DNA of 64,000 bases from Epiperipatus broadwayi (Eukaryota; Animalia; Onychophora): positions 16,864,001-16,928,000 of the forward strand of contig JAQFVV010000007.1 of NCBI GenBank assembly GCA_028023455.1, in the 5' to 3' direction. The notes beneath the pieces are model-generated. The model was not told the DNA's origin. It made no database searches and was given only the letters and a program-made list of their open reading frames with translations. Made by a program: the position numbers and the translations under genes. How positions within the stretch are numbered: position 1 is the first letter of the stretch; each line of letters opens with the position of its first letter. Shown here one piece after another: positions 12,601-25,828 of the stretch.

Positions 12601-15600
12601 TGAAAAAATTAAACCTTTTTTTGATTTAGTAAAAATTCGATTCTAGTATAGAACAGTAATATCCATTAAAAGAAAATAGTTGTTGAAAAAGTCATTTTCT
12701 TTTCTCCTCTTCTTTATATAAGAATGAATGAATTGTTAATATATCATGTGTTTTGTTTCAATTTTCAATGCTTGATTTATTTGCTCATTGTTGAAAAATA
12801 TATATATAAAATTGTTTTCTTTTTCAATTTCAAATCTGGTGATTATTTAAAAGTTTGAAATTTAAATAAGTATTGTTTTAACTTTATTATTATCAAAATA
12901 AATGTTTATCATTTATTTATTTTTGTTAAGTATATATATATATATGTCTGCATTTTATAATAGTTAAATATATTTTAAAATAAATGGTTTAGTTAAAGAG
13001 AGTTATAAATGATTGTATAATTGTTGGGTTAACTGTAAGTTACCCTTACAATATATATATAAGAAATTAGTAAGTAAACTTTTGTGTTTAAAATTATTGA
13101 CATTTTATCTTTTTATTTGGAAAAAATTAAAAAAAAAAAAATAGAATCTTAACAAAACTGTATTATAAACAACTAACTTTCTTATTACTTAAATTGTAAG
13201 AAATAAAATCAATAGTGAACATTATTTAAAACATCCCTCCCCCACTTTTTCAATCTAGGAAACTAAGTCACCTATTAATGTTCTATCACTTTCAAAAACA
13301 TTTTAAATAATATTTAACAAGTTATATTGAACTTGAATAAATCAAATATCAATTTTAAAATATTAAAAAAACGTTATTAAATTAAAAGAAAAAAATCTTT
13401 ATATCATTCACTCATGAATTAACAAATCAACAAACATACAAACAGATTTTTCAACTGCAATAAAAGCATTTAAAAATATAAAAAAATGACAGGAAAATCA
13501 AGAATTATTATTGAGCCATAGTTTCCATTACCTTCTATATTACATGGTTTTGATTAAAGGACCATAAACAAAAAATAATCACACTTTTTAGGCATATTGT
13601 TTGTTGTTTCCTGATCAACTATTGCCCAAACTTATCAATATTTTTTATTTCAATTCTTTTCCTAATTTATATTTATGTTAATTTATATTTTGTCATTAAT
13701 TACTTCTTAATCATTTTTATATAGATAATATAAACAAGTTTATACAGTCCATTGAGATAAAAGGCATATATAATAGTGTTTTACTAAAGAGAAATAAAAA
13801 AAGAAAATAATATTTACCAGGCTTGCTAATTGATGGGTGAGATGAGAGTGGAGGAAACTTTGAGTGATTTTTATCTTTGTTTTATTCTCTTCCAAAAACT
13901 AGCTCAACAATTATTTATTAACAATTATTTAAATGAATATATTGTTTGCTGACCAACCTAGGAAAAAACTTCTATTAACCTAATTGCTTGATTAGCTATA
14001 TATTATAACCCTGAACTTATTATATTGCCATGTTTAGGCTCTCTGATTTATGTTACCATCATCTCTATTGCTCTATTATCTACAATTTTGGTCTCACCTC
14101 TCACTTTTTTGATAACAATATTTTTAATAATACCATTTAGACTCTCTCGATAAACATTAAATTCCAAATCAGAGTTGGTCTTTATTTTCTTATTTTTAGT
14201 AAATGCAAACATGACCATTGAGATTATTATTTTTAAAAACATTAAGCTATGTAGCAGTTTTGGATAGCAGTGGTATATAAAATAGATTGGGTGTTTTACA
14301 GTAAGGTGGGTTTTATATATTTTTTCACAAGATATGACAGAATTTCCATTACAAAAAAAATTGAGTTTAACCAAACACAATTCAAACTCAGATCATATCT
14401 GTGGCAAGCAGATGTACCATTATTACAGCTCAATGTTCTTTAATTTTAATATTTAAGATGTGAAATGTTTGTGCATTATATGTACAGTAATGAAAAAAGT
14501 TATTTTATTCATTAATAATGGTAATATTATATTTCAAACTAATTTCGATGTGTGTTTATTGTATGGGACAAGTATTTAAAATCCTAGTACAACTGCTAAC
14601 CATATTCGTTTGGGATAAAGTTTGCATTGTGAAAATTTTGTTTTTGTATGTGTGTTTTTTGTATTATAATTTAGTCATATAAAGATTATTTTGAGATTAA
14701 AAATAACTTTTATTAGTGACTAAACAATATTTTGTTTATATATGCAACAAAAAGCACTAAAATCCATTAGTGCTTACATAAATTCTAATTTCAGCTGATA
14801 TTTATTACATTTAACCTAATGATAAGTGTTAATTTTCAATTTATATATGTGTTTAATATCACATTAGCTATTTGAATACTATATATGTCATACCTATTAA
14901 GCAGAAAAGTAATGTTGTGTATCAAAATTTTGTGGATATATATTATTGTATATAGGCAAATTGAGATACTGTATTAATAAAAGATTAAAGGAGCATGAAT
15001 TGTTATACAAATATGTAAAAAATATGATAATAATGATTTAATGACTACTTCAGTTTTCTTGGATAATGGAAGGACATGTAAATGTAAATTTAAGCTTGAT
15101 TTTGAAAGTGTTAAGATTCTTCACAAAGAGAGAAACTGTAATAAAAGAAAAATTAAGGAGGTAATTTTAATAAATAGAAATAAAATGAATATAATTAATA
15201 GATAAGCTGCTAATGTTAAAATTCAGAATTCATGGGATTTGAGTTGATGATGTTTATTTCTATTATGTTTTTTTAATTTAACGGTAGTTGAGAAGGATTA
15301 AGGAATTAATCAAAAGTACTTCTGAAAATTGAAAGACTTTATATAATAGTTAATTACCATTATATTTATTGTTTTTATTGTTATTATATATATTACATTT
15401 AATATTAATAATGTATATACATTATAGGCATCTTTGATTTATCATGTCTGTTGGTCAGATTCTTTGACTTTTTTTTCTTTCTACTATTTCTTTCTTAAAA
15501 AACCATTTCCTCAATATCTGATTCAAATGATGCCAATGTTTTTTTTCATAATTTCAAAACACTGAGGCATTTGAAAAATTATTTTTCACTTTTCTATATA

Positions 15601-16779
15601 TACGATAAATATTATGTTATTTTCATCATTAAGTTTACTTTTGTTTTGCCATAGTTTATTTATATTCTATATCAGAGGTAGCCACAACATTGACCATTGT
15701 CAACCATATGACTGTAAGATCTCTGGAAGTTGACCACAAAGCTGACATCAACATTGACAAATTATAGTGATAATTTCAGGGCTGATTTGAATATAAAAAA
15801 TAATAAAAAATAAAAAAAGGGAAAATTCAAAATTATTCTTGTTTAAAATTACTTAAATTTAAAATAACACCTGTTGTTATTGTCGATCTCAAAAATATAC
15901 CCAAGTTGGAAGAATGCTGAAAAGAATTAAATTATTTTTGTGTAATGCTAGAGCTAAAATGCTTAGAAATATTTAATTGCCATTTTCCTGAAAAAAAAAT
16001 GAAAATAACTTGTCCTGGAGAAGCAAGGATTTTAATGAACTGATTTGAAAACAAAGAAGTTGTTAACTTTTTAAAATACTTCATACAATAATTTAATAAT
16101 TATAATTTATTAAATATTTTATAAAGCAATATAGACAAATTGTAATACTAGAGGGAGTTGAGATAATTTAATAGTAGTCATACCAAAATGTCTTCAACAA
16201 TTCATAACTTATAGAAAAAAAATCATCAGTTTGTAAGTATTTTCTAAAATCATCACCAATACTTGTGAGTATCTAAAAAGCTCTTATAAAAAAATACCAA
16301 ATTGTAAGTACATTCTTTAATAAGCAGGACTTTGAACCAGTATTTCCATTCTGATTTTTATTGTGGCAAAAATAACATTTTTTTCTGGTTTTTGGTTTGA
16401 AGCCCTAAAAAAAAACATAGTCACTCTCAGGTACAATTTCACCAAAAAATTCACCCCCAACATCTAAAAGTTTGGCCATGCCTGGCCTATGTTGTATATA
16501 TATATATAGGTGTGTGTGTGTGCGCGCATGCGCGTGTGTGTAAATATTCCAGTGCATATTGCTAGCTGTAAATTAAATAGAAATTATTTAAATCACTCTC
16601 CCAAATGTTATGATATTTTTGCAATGCATTCTGTAAATCCTTTTGAGTTGGTTGTTTGAAGTTTAGACTTGTATTTATTCATAGAGGAAGTTATTGAATT
16701 ATCATCATTTGGGAAGGTGATTTGAATATTATATATATATATGTTTGTGTGGAAAAATCTGTTATATTTTCATATTAGA

Positions 16780-17455
16780 AAAATTACTATCAGATGGTAA
16801 TAGACAGTAATCAATGGAAATAGTAAATTGTAAATACATCCTGCATTCAAAAGAGTACCTCTGATAAATGCAGTCTCTTGATGTTATTTAGAGACTATAG
16901 TGCTATAGTATTTATTTACATATTTATTTATATATTTACAATTACATCTGTTAAAAATTATTAATTTATAACATCTAACTGAAATAGTGAACAGTCTATA
17001 AATAATAATGAATATGTGAAAGTTTGTAAACTTTCTTTTGTTAAAATGTAAATATGTACCATGGTGCTTTAATCTCTATATAACACCAAGAGATTGGATT
17101 TAGAAAAGATACCTTTTTGAATGCAGGAAGCACTATTTTCATTGATTACTGTTTATTAAAATGTGATAGTAATTTTTTAAATATGAAAATATAACAGATA
17201 TGTAATATAATGAGAATGCTAATAGCTCTTAATAATTTTTTCCAAATATCCCAATCAGTTTCAAGCTGTGGAGCATCTTACTGACATTAGCCATAGCTTG
17301 AAACTGGTTTGGTGATAGGGATATTCAGAAAAGCTTGTAGTCTGAATATCAAAGCACCTCACAGATGATAGCCACAGCTTGAAACCATTTTGGAAATAGG
17401 GATATTTCGAAAATCTTATTAAGTTCTATTAGTATGCTCATTATATTACATTTGT
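16780..17455. mobile_element. Nested inverted repeats with two degenerate hammerhead motifs (family A-related)
   Basis: 16780-16900 is inverted at ~17078-17180, and 17190-17271 at 17371-17455. Plus-strand motifs: CUGACAU..agcuuGAAAcugguu (17275-17315) and CAGAUGA..agcuuGAAAccauuuugg (17356-17400). Confidence 0.65.
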
Positions 17456-17666
17456 AGTGCAAGCTTATTAAATTAAGTCACATGATGTATGACTTGATTT
17501 TTATTACTATATAACAGATATCTCCACTTATTAAAACATTTCACCAATTACATATGTTAAACATTATTAATTATATATATGTAAATATTAAAATCATATT
17601 ATAATTTTAATATTTTCATCTATAAACTTCATAAAAAAATGCTAATTGTTATATATATATATATAC

Positions 17667-18903
17667 TGTGACAGTCAGATGATGTATGTTGATTTAACCC
17701 AGTTCGAATACTAGGCAAAAGTACCTCGAGGCCACCCATATGCGAGATATTAAACCAAGAATACTATGACCTCTGCCCTATTTGTCTAGTCTCGAAGCTA
17801 TCATGAACCGAACAACACTATCTGAGACACGCATAGATATTTTCTTACCGAGCCACGAGCTTAGCATCAGCGGGAGACATGGACAGAACTACCTACGGAG
17901 CTAAATAGTTAAATGTGCAAAAATACTTAGAAATATGTGTTTTGCGTGCTTGGATCATTTAAAAGTAAAACAAAGCATTGAAAGATAACTAGCAAACCCA
18001 AGCTTTTTAGTTAAATAAATATCTTTAATAAATGACATTTGAAATATTATTAATAATTTAATGGCCTTCGCTATTCCCCTAAATTAATGAATAACTAATA
18101 AACTTAACCGCAATAGAATTAAAATATTTACACATGGGAGTAATGAAGAATAGCGAAGGAAAAAGGGTTAAATATCTAGATAGATGATCACATATACATA
18201 TATCTAACTAGTCTAATAAAAATAGTTACATTATAAATATCATTAAACACACATTTCATAAATATTCAAGAAAGCAATTATAAAAAGTATGGACAAAAAG
18301 GGTAGCATAATAAATAGTTCATGAGGAGAGATATGATTACCATCCTTATTCCTTGGTCATGTTCCATCGACGGGCGTAGCTTGATCCGTCTGATGAGATG
18401 TGTTTGTCCGGACAAGGAAAGTGGAAATCGGTCGCATGGTTTCACAAAAAGTCCTCCAGACATGGCACAGAGTTCAGATGATGATTGAGTAAATACTACG
18501 GCATTTTTCTGGTATTGAGGAACCCTCGGTGGTAGACAAAGTTATTTATTTGCCTAGCCAAGCATGGTAGACTCCATCGAATTCATATAATAAAATCACA
18601 ACAGGCAACAGCAAAATTTCTAAAGTTCTCCACGGAGCAATCTGACAGCCCGCAAGAATACTCTGAATGAATAATCTTTTCCAAAAGGAAAATCTGAATG
18701 ACTGATCTTTTCCAAAAGGAAAATCTGAATGAACTTTTTCCAAAAGCAAACTCTGATTGACTGATCTTTTCCAAAAGGAAAATCTGAATGCCTAATCTTT
18801 TGTTCTCCCTTTTATTTATACCCTCTCTGTCAGCTACCTTCTATTGTTTGTATGATCTGAGATCTTGATAAGCCTCCCCATGCTCCTTTGTTTCAAAGTA
18901 ACA
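17667..18903. mobile_element. Possible solo-LTR-like or other GC-richer insertion with internal 31-bp tandem repeats
   Basis: Bounded by TGTGAC (17667) and GTAACA (18898-18903). GC- and CpG-richer than its flanks. Minus strand has TATAAA and AATAAA. No matching TSD was found. Confidence 0.35.
18663..18801. repeat. 31-bp tandem repeat, ~4.5 copies
   Basis: Unit ctgaatgactgatcttttccaaaaggaaaat, with one shortened copy. Confidence 0.9.
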
Positions 18904-19517
18904 TTTTCTAAAAATAACTTTTACTTTTTTACTCTAAATTTCTTTCTTTAAAGTTTGAATTCTATTAATTAAAAAGAAAGAAAGAGAAGGCCATCTTTAA
19001 TTAGACTTGAATGGCTCACTAATTAAAACTATACATTCTTTTAGAAAATGTTGGTGGGCTTATCTCAAAATCAAATCATACTAAATATTTTAACAAAATT
19101 TTAACAACAATATATTATTATTTTTTTATAGTAGAATAAGCATTTTATTTCAGCAGAATTTTGCATTAACTCATATATATACGCTAGATGTATATATATG
19201 TTTGACTAATAGGTTAAGCAATTTTTATTATTAGAATGAAATTTATTTAAAACAAAATATTTAAATGTAATACACATTTAATAAGCATAATTATTTTTAA
19301 CTCTAATGCAAAACCCTGCTGATATTGAACTATAAACTTAATTCAGGTCTACAATACTAATTAAGTTTATAGAAGGCTGTGAAGCATGGATCGGGCTTCA
19401 GATCCATTGCTTCAATATATATGTATATATTGAAATGGACATTGATAGCAGTGTGTGTGAAAAAAAAGAATTGAATTAAAAATTTAGATATAAATTTAGA
19501 TATATATATACATTGTG

Positions 19518-19622
19518 TAACTATTTATCTATCTATCTGTATATCTACCTATTTATTTATTTATCCTATCTATCTATTTATTTGTTATCTGCCTATCTGT
19601 CTGAATATCTATCTATCTACTC
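19518..19622. repeat. Degenerate (CTAT)n microsatellite
   Basis: Runs of ctat/ttat. Confidence 0.8.
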
Positions 19623-19924
19623 ATTCGCCCTGCTCACACTAAACTTTTTTACATTAATTATCAGTATTCAGACTTCATACTATCTCTTCAGCACATATTG
19701 GCCATACCATTTGGATAAACAGTAAGTGAAACAGATGCAGACAAATAATACTTCCCATTTATTTCAATGCTCACCATCACATAAAAGAATATGCTACCTG
19801 AATATTTATAATATTGACCTTATAAATATTTTGACTTTACTATTATGTTTTAAATTCTAAATTATTTTGCACTCTATCCATATATATCAATATATAAATT
19901 ATGTAGACAATAGAAAAAATATAG

Positions 19925-20020
19925 TATATCATCAACAACTATTATCAATCCACTGCAGGACGAAGGTCTCTTCAAGTTCAATCCATCTTCTGCAATCTCT
20001 AGCCTTTTTTCTCCACGTCA
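19925..20020 (-). mobile_element. RTE LINE extreme 3' tip
   Basis: ccactgcaggacgaaggtctcttcaagttcaatccatcttc matches 37469-37510 of the RTE 3' end. Confidence 0.75.
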
Positions 20021-20040
20021 ATTAAATAGATATGTTTATA

Positions 20041-21364
20041 TACACCTGGGTCTCATTTTATGGAGTAGATAGGTTCCTCAGAAAACATGGACAAAAGAAA
20101 TCACACAAAAATAGACTTAACTTACCTTGAAAAATGGGGGATACGTACTGTAATTTTCCAAAAAATGCATAAAAGCAAAGCAACAATGTAAAATTATTTT
20201 AAAATTCGCATAAAAAATAAAATAAAATAAAATATGACTAATAAAAAATTTCAAATTTGAAAAAAATTGATACAAGACAAACTTTTTTTATTTTTTTTAT
20301 TAACTACAATATTTAATTTTATTCAAAACAATATATTTATATGCGTAATTTACATTTTTTTCATACATGTGCAGTATTTTAAACATTATCGCTATTTGAG
20401 ACATCAGATTCGTCATGATGTGATGTGAGGTACTGTAGCTTCTCCTTAAATAAGATCAAGAGGAAATGCAACTAAAACATTTTCCAATCACTGTTGATCC
20501 TTCCCATTTCACTAAGCAATCTAAAATTGAAATTTTTGTTTCCAAAAAAATTCATTTTCTTGGGTGTTTTTTTTTTCTCTCCATTAGAATAAACTAAAAG
20601 TTTAAAATAAAAATAAGAACTTAGAGTTATGATAATAAAAAGACACCAACTCACCACTTCTGGGAAAAAATTAATTAAAACTAACAACTAAAAATTAAAT
20701 TCTTATTTTTGTCTTTAATTTTTTAATTTTCAATTCCGTTTAAAAATCAAATTTCATCATTTCACACCACATTAATTTCAGATCATGTTACGTAATTTTT
20801 AAATTGTTAATTACAATTAAAAATCAGATTTTAATTGTCAAATTTAATTGTGGCCACCACTGTTACTCATCTTTTAAAAATAAACTTGCGGACACTAAAT
20901 GATTAATTGATTATGTACTCTTTTTATAAAAAGCAAAAATAGAACGTGATTTAAAATGTAAAAACAACAGCATACATAGTATTTTTCATCTATAACGTTT
21001 CAACCGATTTACATTATAGTCTTGTAAAATTTAATGTGCATATATAAAATGGGGAAATCTGATTTTAAGTGAATTATGAATTTCTTTATTGCATAAAATC
21101 TATTACAGTACTATTATAAAGCACTGAAAATATTGAAATTATTAGATGGAAGTCGAACTTTGATAATGCGCTATTACTTTAAATATGACATGAGTGCACG
21201 AAATTTATAATATTTAAAGTAATAGCACATTATCGGAGCTTGATGTCTGATCTAATAATTTTTATCACATAAAAAAACCCACATACAAGGATATTAAGAA
21301 GAAATATGAATCGCATAACTTCAAAATCGCATTAAATAAATCCGCATAAAATGAGACCTGGGTA
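20041..21364. mobile_element. Non-autonomous DNA transposon (Tc1/mariner/pogo-like, TA context)
   Basis: ~22-bp imperfect TIRs: tacacctgggtctcattttatg (20041-20062) and cataaaatgagacctgggta (21345-21364), both flanked by TA. No intact transposase. Confidence 0.55.
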
Positions 21365-22005
21365 TATATAAAACAATAAGAAATATATAAACTATCTAAG
21401 GGAAATTTATATTTAAATAAAAACAAAACACAATTACTTTTCTATATAACCACTTTGATATTTCAACAAGAGACTGATTTTCATCAGAAATTATAGCAAA
21501 TAGCTTCCTTCAAAATGTAAATATTAAAAATAATTTGTATCGCTGATAACGTCATAAATTTCTATAAATTAATAATCTTTTTTAATCAATCATCTGTTGA
21601 TTTATTGTGTTATATATATATATATATTATTAGTTATTTGTACTAAAAGAAAAAAAACTATTTTCTTATTTAATTACAAAACACAAAAAAACACACACAC
21701 ATATATATATATATAATATCAAATAATATAAGTATAATGAAACAATCCACTAGAATAAAACTACAAAAATTTTTAAAAAATGCCTACTTAAGATGGTGAA
21801 ATACACCGAAGCTGGCTATGGCAAAAGATATTAATCTTCAATTTTATATAGGCATTGTTTAATACATTGTACAGGCTTAAACCTGCATTTATATATGTAA
21901 TATATGCAGGATTCGAACTTAGACTTTCACAAGACCCACTACTCTCAGTGCCATCTCATATTGCTGACCCACCTGATCACACACATGTTGAAAAGATAAA
22001 TAATC

Positions 22006-22049
22006 ACCAATATTCATATTTTATGCTAAACCAGCAATCATCAGTTGGT
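22006..22049 (-). ncRNA. Type-I hammerhead motif (family B), GAAA mutated to AAAA
   Basis: ACCAA-CUGAUGA-UUGCUGGUUUAGCAU-AAAA-UAUGAAUA-UUGGU. Confidence 0.7.
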
Positions 22050-22484
22050 CTAGATTACTATCCTCACACACACACACACACATATATATATAATCAGTGC
22101 TCAGCTTTATATTAAGATAGCCAATCTTCATACTTTAATGAACAGCCTTCAAACTATTCCAACTCACAACTCTTCAGCTCTCCATTTCATTGAAAATCTG
22201 ATGGTGGAATGTTCAAAGCCCTTGTTAGTGCCAAGATTGTCATCCTACCCATGTTGACCCCTCATGCATAGGAGAATAATCCATTTATACGTAATATGTG
22301 AGGGATGGGCAGACCTTTTACACACTATTTATATAAATTAATACATTGTACAGGCTTAAACCTGCATTGATATATGTAATATATGCGGGATTCGAACTTA
22401 GACTTTCACACGACCCACTACTCTCAGTGCCATCTCATATTGCTGACACACCTGATCACACACATGTTGAAAAGATAAATAATC

Positions 22485-22528
22485 ATCAATATACATATTT
22501 CATGCTAAACCAGCAATCATCAGTTGGT
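22485..22528 (-). ncRNA. Type-I hammerhead motif (family B), core intact
   Basis: ACCAA-CUGAUGA-UUGCUG(GUU)UAGCAU-GAAA-UAUGUAUA-UUGAU. Helix I has one mismatch. Predicted AUA cleavage triplet. Confidence 0.75.
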
Positions 22529-22741
22529 CTAGATTACTATCCTCACACATATATATAATCAGTGCTCAGCTTTATACTAAGATAGATAATATTCATACTT
22601 TAATGGATAGGCTTCAAACTATTCCAATTCACAACTCTTCAGCCTTCCATTTCATTGAAAATCTGATAGTGGAATGTTCAAAGCCCTTGTTAACATAAAG
22701 CTGAGCACTGATTATATATATGTGGGAGGATAGTAATCTAG

Positions 22742-22785
22742 GCCAACTAATGATTGCCAGTTTAGCATGAAATATGTATATTGGT
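22742..22785 (+). ncRNA. Type-I hammerhead motif (family B), G5 mutated
   Basis: GCCAA-CUAAUGA-UUGCCAGUUUAGCAU-GAAA-UAUGUAUA-UUGGU. Confidence 0.65.
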
Positions 22786-23038
22786 GATTATTTATCTTTT
22801 CAACATGTGTGTTATCAGGTGGGTCAGCAATATAAGATGGCACTGAGAGTAGTGGGTCATGTGAAAGTCTATGTTTGAATAGGCATTTTTTGAAAATTTT
22901 TGTAGTTTTATTCTAGTGGATTGTTATATATATATAATACTTACTAAAATAAAGATCGTGCTAATAGCTCTAACAAGCTTTATCAATAAATGTCACAAGA
23001 GAACGCATTTAAATCTCTATCTAGAAATTATTTCCAGT

Positions 23039-23076
23039 CCCAGACCAGTTTCAAGCTATAAGCTTTCCTCAGTGAA
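23039..23076 (-). ncRNA. Minimal type-I hammerhead, catalytic core intact
   Basis: UUCA-CUGAGGA-AAGCU(UAU)AGCUU-GAAA-CUGGUC-UGGG. Perfect helix II and a GUC site. Confidence 0.85.
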
Positions 23077-23109
23077 TTGCTAGAATCTTTCAGACACTAG
23101 ATCCTAGTG

Positions 23110-23149
23110 CCTCACTCAGGAAAGCCATTAGCTTGAAACTGGTCTGAGG
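23110..23149 (+). ncRNA. Minimal type-I hammerhead, G5 mutated to C
   Basis: CCUCA-CUCAGGA-AAGC(CAUUA)GCUU-GAAA-CUGGUC-UGAGG. Helix I is a perfect 5 bp. Confidence 0.75.
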
Positions 23150-25001
23150 ATGGGAATAATTTCTAGGTAAAGGTTTAAGTGCTTTATCTTGGCAGCATTT
23201 ATTGATAAAGCTTACTAAGTCAATTAGCACACTCTTTATTTTAATTTATTATTACAAGCTTATGAAATTCTATGATTTTATTTTATTTATTAATATATAA
23301 TATATGTCTGTGCAAAAAATGCATAGAAAAAATTATTAGTAGAAAAAGTTATGTATCATATTAAATCTTAACATATGTAAAAGATATTTAAATCACTCAC
23401 CTTAAATTTTATAATATTTCATTGTCATTCTCCATGAAAAATATCAAATTTGAACCTCAAGCAGCGATTCGGACTTGATATTTTTCACAGACAACTTTGC
23501 TGAAATATCATAAGATTATCATAACATTTGCATTGGGTTATTTAAATATTTTCTATTTAATTTCCAGCTAATGATATGCACTGGAATTTTTTAGGTACTT
23601 ACATATAATCCCATAACTGGAAACTGCCAGGGTTTTTTTATTTATCCCGTTTCAGAGGTGTCAAAGTATTTATTTATGCTTTTTTTTTTTTTTTTCAAAA
23701 CTATTTTACCGAACGTATGTTACTTGTTAAGTTTAAAAAATATTATGAAATCCATTAAAAATTCCTGTTAAGTTAAAAAATATATAAATAAATCTCTTAC
23801 AAATTCCATTCACAGGCTTTAATTGATTGTTTCTTTTTTATGTAGATTATAACATAGAAGTGTTGCTAATTGTCATGATTTTTTTACACTCAGCATAAAA
23901 TTCTTAGTGAATGTGTTTGTTCTTTTTCTTTTAGTAACATTTTGCCAAAGTGAGAAAATTTGGTATCGTCCATTGACAGAAGAACATGCATAGAGGAATT
24001 GTGTGACAACACAGATTCCTATTTAGCAGAATTTATGTGTCAGTGATCACATAGATGTCTTTGTGGAAGTATTACAGCCTATTTGAGATTTCCATCCACC
24101 ACATTTGTTACTTTGTTTTTCCACATTTTTTTTTCATTTTGTTTACTGCTCTTTAAATTATATTAAACGTATTTTAATTACAATCAATTCTTATACCTTG
24201 GTGTAATTTTTTGTATTTTTAGAATAATATTTATAAAATGAATAAAAGAAAATATTTAATACAACAGCTTATCCCCAGAAAAGTGATAATTAAAAAAACA
24301 CTGGGCAAGCTTCTGGGTATAGAATATGTAAATACCATATTTTCTTATAAAAGATGTATATACTTTATTGGTTAACATATTAAATAAAACATTAAACAAA
24401 AAAATTAATGAATGACAAACAAAACATTTGCAAACTAGGGAATTTGAAGATATAACAATGCCTATGTTTATATTCATACTATGAGAACGTAAAAGTCTTA
24501 AATTTATAAATAAATAAAAACTTTGATTTTTCTCTTGTGGAGGAAAAATTATTTTGTAATAAGACCACTCTTAAATCATCAATTGAATAATCTGGTATAC
24601 TGAAGTGTTTAGAAGCTGGTCTGTCTACATTTTTATATAAAATGTCAAATCTATGGTTAGTTATTTTAATATGTCAAGAATTGCCAGTTCCCCTGCATGA
24701 TGGTTTAAGCATCTATAGCATTCTATTAAATATATTAAGTTTACACTTTTACAATTGACATTGTTGGAAATATACCATTTAAAATCATTAAAGGTATTAC
24801 GTTAAACTATAATTTGTAAACCATAACATGTTTGTTTGCATGTTATTTCCATATGAAAAGGGTACTTTTTCTGCTGCAAAAAAAGTAATAAAATTTGTTT
24901 TCATAAGATTATCCTTAAGTGGTCTGTATCATAGATATATATCTCTAGGCAGGTTGGGAAAAATAGATTTTAGATAATCTGTGGAATTTAATATGCTAAA
25001 G

Positions 25002-25400
25002 CAGGGGTCCCCAACCTTTTTGCACTTATGAGCACATTCTATAATACTGGCCAGGTGGCGGGCACCATTTATTTTTTCAACCAGGTGGCAAGCACCATTT
25101 ATTTTTTCAATGTAAATTTATAATTGGATATTGTTAATAATACACATAATGTACAAAAAAATATTTATTTCAAAAGTCAAATTTTAACATATAATTAACG
25201 TTTATATTTTTACGCTGTAAAATTATAGTATGCCCTACAATTTGATTACAATATAATACAATAATTTATAAGAAATTTTAAAAATTAAATTTATTTGTAT
25301 CAGAATAACTAATTTTTTATCGTGTTCGGATAGCGGCAGGCACACGTAAAATGATCTGTGGATGCCATGGTGCCCACAGGTATAATGTTGGGGACCCCTG
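25002..25400. mobile_element. hAT-superfamily MITE
   Basis: Perfect 14-bp TIR CAGGGGTCCCCAAC / GTTGGGGACCCCTG and a perfect 8-bp TSD TGCTAAAG (24994-25001, 25401-25408). Confidence 0.92.
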
Positions 25401-25784
25401 TGCTAAAGTGTTTCTGAATTATTTGTTAGATATTCAGTAAATAATCATTAAAAGTAAGAAATAATAATGGAACTTCCAATTGCTTGTTTTCTTAGATGAA
25501 GTTCCTTTCTTCAATTTCTGAAAAGACTTACGACTGCCTTATCCAATAGTGTTTTAGTATATTTCACATTTACAAATTTATCATAAAAAACTATGTTATT
25601 CTGTTGAAAAAAAAATTTTTCCCCACTTAGTCTTTTAATTATTAAAAAAAAAAAAAAGCAAGTTAAAACTTGCTAACGCTTGTATTTATGACAATAGATG
25701 GTGTTCTACCAAAAACACCGTCAAGCGTATGTTTGTTTACATAAACGTCAGAGCATGCATTCACTATCTCTAACTTTAGTTCCA

Positions 25785-25828
25785 CCTTCAGATCATGATT
25801 TCAAGCTATTTGCTATCATCAGTGAAGG
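25785..25828 (-). ncRNA. Minimal type-I hammerhead (family C), core intact
   Basis: CCUUCA-CUGAUGA-UAGC(AAAUA)GCUU-GAAA-UCAUGAUC-UGAAGG. Helix I is a perfect 6 bp, helix III is the palindrome AUCAUGAU, and the site is AUC. Confidence 0.85.

Larger units (their letters stand above)
21860..22880. mobile_element. Hammerhead repeat family B: two tandem ~479-bp units (sense = minus) plus a partial inverted unit
   Basis: aatacattgtacaggc anchors at 21861 and 22340. Inverted copy at ~22692-22880. Three hammerhead motifs, at 22006, 22485 and 22742. Confidence 0.85.
22955..23235. mobile_element. Fold-back element with two opposed hammerheads
   Basis: 22955-23060 is inverted at 23130-23235. Hammerheads at 23039-23076 (minus) and 23110-23149 (plus). 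Confidence 0.8.

Noticed and set aside
16471-16485. gtttggccatgcctg, resembling a hAT right TIR
   Set aside because: No matching left TIR or TSD was found.
18546-18774. ORFs with repeated FSFWK/PFGK peptides
   Set aside because: Artefact of the 31-bp tandem repeat.
21855-22558. Duplicated 86-aa and 70-aa ORFs (also 29091-29334, 58619-58810, 59000-59197)
   Set aside because: These are chance frames through non-coding family B repeats and are not conserved between copies.
23935-24110. Exon-like frame TFCQSEKIWYRPLTEEHA*RNCV...
   Set aside because: Three in-frame stops and no family recognised.
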